DNA of 64,000 bases, from the NCBI GenBank assembly GCA_019358935.1, contig JAHHIK010000023.1:20001-84000 (forward strand). Direction: 5' to 3'. Below, one piece after another: positions 60,567 through 64,000 of the stretch. The stretch's first letter is position 1; each line of letters begins with the position of its first letter. This DNA comes from Tolypothrix carrinoi HA7290-LM1. GTDB taxonomy: Bacteria > Cyanobacteriota > Cyanobacteriia > Cyanobacteriales > Nostocaceae. The notes beneath the pieces were generated by a model. That model saw nothing but the letters and a program-made list of their open reading frames with translations. It had not been told where the DNA came from and searched no databases. Made by a program: the position numbers and the translations under genes.

Positions 60567-61682
60567 GTGAATATTCCCCCATTTGACGCAACTTGTCAAT
60601 ATCAAAGTATTGCAGCTGACATAGAAAAAAATATTTGTGCAGTCATGGCAGGTGGACGCTATATAATGGGTCCGCAAGTCAAAGAGTTTGAAGCACAGTT
60701 TGCTCAATATTTGAGTTGCGATCAAGTAATTTCCTGTAACTCCGGCACAGATGCGCTACATTTAGCTCTGAGAGCTTTGAAGATTGGTGCTGGTGATGAG
60801 GTGATAACGACACCTTTCACATTTATTGCCACCACCGAAGCAATTGGTATAGTCGGAGCGACTCCTGTCTTTGTCGATGTTGATTTAAACACCTACAATA
60901 TCGACACTGAGTTAATTGAGTCAAAAATTACAGAGCGCACCAAAGCTATCTTACCAGTACATTTGTACGGTCGCCCTTGCAATATGACGGCAATTATGGA
61001 AATTGCCCGCAAGTATAATTTAAAAGTGATTGAAGATTGCGCTCAAGCTACCGGTGCTGTTTGGTCAGGTAAAAAAGTCGGGACAATCGGAGACGTTGGT
61101 TGTTTTAGCTTTTTCCCTACGAAAAACTTGGGATGTTTTGGCGATGGTGGGGCGATCGCTACTTCTGATAAAGTAATTGCAGAGCGAGTTGAGTATTTAC
61201 GCCGACATGGGGGTAAAGTTAAATATCAGCATGAAGAATTAGGACTCAACAGCCGCTTAGATACTATACAGGCAGCAGTTCTTTTAGTCAAGTTACAATA
61301 TTTGGATCGGTGGAATTCTGCCAGGGCTGAAATTGCAAATTATTACATAAATCAGCTCGCTAATGTTAAAGGCATTGTCCTACCTACAGCTGTGCAGTCA
61401 GGATCGGTATGGAATCAATTTACCATCAGGGTTTTAGAAGGACAACGCAGCAACGTGCAAAAATTCCTCAAAGAAAAAGGAATAGGTTCAATGGTGTACT
61501 ATCCTATCCCTCTCCACTTACAGCAGGTACACTCTAACTTGAATTATCCCCTTGGTTCACTACCAATCAGCGAACAATTGAGCGATGAAGTTTTATCTTT
61601 ACCGATGTTTCCAGAATTGACTGCATCCGCACAAAAAGTAGTTGTTGAGTCTGTAAGTCAAGCTTTTTTTGCATTAACTTAA
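60567..61682 (+). CDS. DegT/DnrJ/EryC1/StrS aminotransferase, WbpE-like
   Basis: NSGTDAL, EDCAQA, SFFPTKNLG, NSRLDTIQA. Confidence 0.88.
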   Translation: MNIPPFDATCQYQSIAADIEKNICAVMAGGRYIMGPQVKEFEAQFAQYLSCDQVISCNSGTDALHLALRALKIGAGDEVITTPFTFIATTEAIGIVGATPVFVDVDLNTYNIDTELIESKITERTKAILPVHLYGRPCNMTAIMEIARKYNLKVIEDCAQATGAVWSGKKVGTIGDVGCFSFFPTKNLGCFGDGGAIATSDKVIAERVEYLRRHGGKVKYQHEELGLNSRLDTIQAAVLLVKLQYLDRWNSARAEIANYYINQLANVKGIVLPTAVQSGSVWNQFTIRVLEGQRSNVQKFLKEKGIGSMVYYPIPLHLQQVHSNLNYPLGSLPISEQLSDEVLSLPMFPELTASAQKVVVESVSQAFFALT

Positions 61683-61717
61683 CAGCGCATTTCGTTGATT
61701 TTTCATGGTAATTTGTG

Positions 61718-62119
61718 ATGAACGCTGAATCATCTCCTTCCCGTTTGAAGTTAATTTCATATCTAACTTTGTTTCTCAGCATTGCCTTTGGTATCGTTGG
61801 ACAATTGCTAATGAAACATACTATGAGCAATAAAATCGAAGGATTATTTACCTGGACATTTATTCAGCAATTAGTCCTGGCTTTGAGTGTTTATAGTCTC
61901 GGAATAGTAAATTGGATCTTTGCTCTGCGAACTGTCAAACTAAGTATTGCTTATCCTCTTACTAGCTTAAACTACGTGGGCATCCTTTTGGGTTCATACT
62001 ACTTTTTTGATGAGAAAATTACGCTAATTAGGGTAATTGGAGTAGTTCTAATTTTTCTGGGAGTTCTTTTGGTAGCGCTTCCAATTAAGAATAGCCAAAT
62101 CCAGAAAGGAGCTAGTTAA
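61718..62119 (+). CDS. 4-TM SMR/EamA-like protein (ArnE/ArnF flippase-like subunit)
   Basis: GQLLMK, LSIAYPLTSL, FFDEKI...GV. Confidence 0.75.
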   Translation: MNAESSPSRLKLISYLTLFLSIAFGIVGQLLMKHTMSNKIEGLFTWTFIQQLVLALSVYSLGIVNWIFALRTVKLSIAYPLTSLNYVGILLGSYYFFDEKITLIRVIGVVLIFLGVLLVALPIKNSQIQKGAS

Positions 62120-62152
62120 AGTTATAGTAACTCATACAAAAGGTATTCAGAA

Positions 62153-62512
62153 ATGAATATAATTGCTTGGCTGATTTTATTACTTGTAGTCGTGCTGGGT
62201 ACAGTAGGGCAACTATCACTAAAGTATGCATTTCAAGGTTCTAGTTCTGCTAAGGAAACAAGCAACTCAGTTCGAGACTTGTTATTTTCTCCTTATTTTT
62301 GGATTTGGTTTATTTCCTATGTAGTTGTGACTGTATTGTGGCTGATTGTATTGCGGACAATTCCTCTGAGTCAGGCATTTCCAGCGCTAGGATTAACATT
62401 TGCTCTCGTACCGTTGGCTTCTCATCGTTTTCTGCGTGAGAATGTTGTGTTTAGCCAATGGTTGGGAATCGCTGTTATTGTAGCGGGTGTAATTCTTGTT
62501 GTCCAAACATAA
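62153..62512 (+). CDS. 4-TM SMR/EamA-like protein (ArnE/ArnF flippase-like subunit)
   Basis: GQLSLK, PLSQAFPALGL, LRENV...QWLGI. Confidence 0.75.
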   Translation: MNIIAWLILLLVVVLGTVGQLSLKYAFQGSSSAKETSNSVRDLLFSPYFWIWFISYVVVTVLWLIVLRTIPLSQAFPALGLTFALVPLASHRFLRENVVFSQWLGIAVIVAGVILVVQT

Positions 62513-62521
62513 ATAAGCTGA

Positions 62522-62717
62522 TATAGCGGTTTGCAGTTGAGTTCAATACAGACCTAACCCCCAACCCCTTCCCTGCAAGGGAAGGGGAGTAAGATCAAAG
62601 CCTCTGACGCCAGATGCTTCAAGCCGGGAAACCCGTCCAACGCACTGGCTCCTCCTTGTAGGAGAGAGGTTTGGAGAGAGGTCAAAACTGTACTGCACCC
62701 AACCGAGAAGCGCTATA
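62522..62717. mobile_element. MITE copy carrying a nested 46-bp small dispersed repeat (62606-62651)
   Basis: Aligns with 50235-50384 except for the insert GACGCCAGATGC...GGGAAACCC...GCACTGGCTC. Confidence 0.8.
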
Positions 62718-62750
62718 TTTATTTTTTGATTTTAACAAAGAGAAACTTTT

Positions 62751-63743
62751 ATGGCTGAAGCTCCTCACAAAATTTTAGTTACAGGTGTCGCTGGATTCCT
62801 TGGTTCTCACTTGCTAGACAAGCTATTGGCATCAGGTCATGAGGTCATTGGTATCGATAACCTCTCAATGGGTAAATTAGAAAATATTGCTGAACATTTG
62901 AGCAATAAAGCATTTCAATTTCTCCAAAAAGATGTCACTGAAAAAAGCACATTTGAAAATTTAGAGAATGATATTGATTGCATTGTTCACCTTGCGGCTT
63001 TCAAAATACCTCGTTACGGCAAAGCAATTGACACTCTGAAAATTAATTACCAAGGTACAGACAACGTTTTAGAGCTTGCACGTAAATTGAATTGTAAATG
63101 CGTACTTGCCTCAACTTCTGACGTGTATGGACGCAATCCCAAACTACCTTTTAACGAAGACGAGAACTCAGTTATTGGCTCATCGAAAGTAGCTCGTTGG
63201 AGCTATGCTGTATCTAAGTTGTTTGATGAACATTTAGCTTTTGCTTATCAAGATAGCTACAACATTCCAGTTGTCATTCTACGCTTTTTTGGTTCTTATG
63301 GACCGCGCCATCACCTGTCTTGGTGGGGGGGACCGCAATCAGTTTTTATTGAACAAATATTAAACGATGGTGAAATTTCCATTCATGGTGACGGACTGCA
63401 AACCCGGAGTTTTACTTATGTGAGCGATACTGTAGCAGGTATTTACGCTGCGACGATTAAACCCGAAGCTAATGGGGAAATTTTCAATATTGGTAGCGAT
63501 CGCGAAATTACTATCCTTGATTTAGCTAAAACTATCAAGCGACTTAGTAACACACCTGGAGAACTCAAAGTTAAATTTGTTCCCTATGAATCTTTTACAG
63601 GTAACAAATACGAAGATGTGAGAAGACGCGTACCCGATAGCACCCGTTGCGAACAAATTCTTGGTGTCAAAGCTGAGGTGAAATTAGAAGAAGGACTGTC
63701 TAAAACTATAGCATGGCATCGCACTATTAGAGCTTGCGTGTAA
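62751..63743 (+). CDS. Extended SDR NAD-dependent epimerase/dehydratase (UDP-uronate decarboxylase-like)
   Basis: GVAGFLG, STSDVYG, YAVSK, GDGLQTRSFTYVSD. Confidence 0.85.
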   Translation: MAEAPHKILVTGVAGFLGSHLLDKLLASGHEVIGIDNLSMGKLENIAEHLSNKAFQFLQKDVTEKSTFENLENDIDCIVHLAAFKIPRYGKAIDTLKINYQGTDNVLELARKLNCKCVLASTSDVYGRNPKLPFNEDENSVIGSSKVARWSYAVSKLFDEHLAFAYQDSYNIPVVILRFFGSYGPRHHLSWWGGPQSVFIEQILNDGEISIHGDGLQTRSFTYVSDTVAGIYAATIKPEANGEIFNIGSDREITILDLAKTIKRLSNTPGELKVKFVPYESFTGNKYEDVRRRVPDSTRCEQILGVKAEVKLEEGLSKTIAWHRTIRACV

Positions 63744-63877
63744 ATGATTGGGAAGCGTTGCTCTAAAGCGATCGCTTCTCGAATCGTACTGAATTTAAAC
63801 TAAAATTTTTCCTTGGGGAGCCACTCGCACGCAGGGGTTCTCTTATTCAAGCAACAAAAAGTATGTTTTGTAATTCT

Positions 63878-64000
63878 GTAAGGATTCAGGTCAGGGGTAT
63901 TGACAAGTGTGACATCTCAGGCGGAATATCACAATTATGGAAAAAGACCTGCCTGTGAAACTAGACCGTGAAACGCTTCTCCAGTTGGCTCCGGAAGAAC
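63878..64000 (+). mobile_element. Probable left end of an IS66-family element; transposase ORF starts at 63937 (partial)
   Basis: GTAAGGATTCAG end (IS66 IRs begin GTAA) followed by MEKDLPVKLDRETLLQLAPEE running off the window. Confidence 0.5.

Overview
A 64-kb chromosomal segment from a filamentous, probably heterocyst-forming (Nostocales-type) cyanobacterium. The assignment rests on dense HIP1 (GCGATCGC) octamers, 7/9-bp STRR arrays and cyanobacterial core genes. Housekeeping content: ftn2/zipN, pdhA, class II fba, tRNA-Lys(UUU), nit1-like amidase, ndhQ (missed by the ORF track), cmpABCD, sat and mtnP. Accessory content: a class D beta-lactamase, an sbp-pstSCAB cluster, a cupredoxin lipoprotein, pentapeptide proteins, a Met-zincin, a PEP-CTERM protein, a pseudo-orthocaspase and two Uma2 genes. 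A copper/heavy-metal efflux island is decaying: CopM-like gene, internally deleted MFP, frameshifted CusA/CzcA and a doubly broken sensor kinase, although its TTTCAT-N5-TTTCAT boxes are intact. The window ends in a polysaccharide locus (wzc-like, GT4, wzm, wbpA/B/D/E-like, two ArnE/F-like SMR proteins, SDR epimerase/decarboxylase) that runs into a probable IS66 end. Best leads: (i) a membrane PlsY-fold domain with degenerate catalytic motifs fused to a complete rifampin-phosphotransferase-like dikinase; (ii) a Wbp diacetamido-sugar pathway beside an ArnEF-like flippase pair; (iii) several tiny mobile repeats visible as insertions in a HIP1 site, in a MITE and in-frame in CusA; (iv) a 21-bp tandem array inside cmpABCD. 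No CRISPR array was seen. All family calls come from motif recognition by eye, not database searches.
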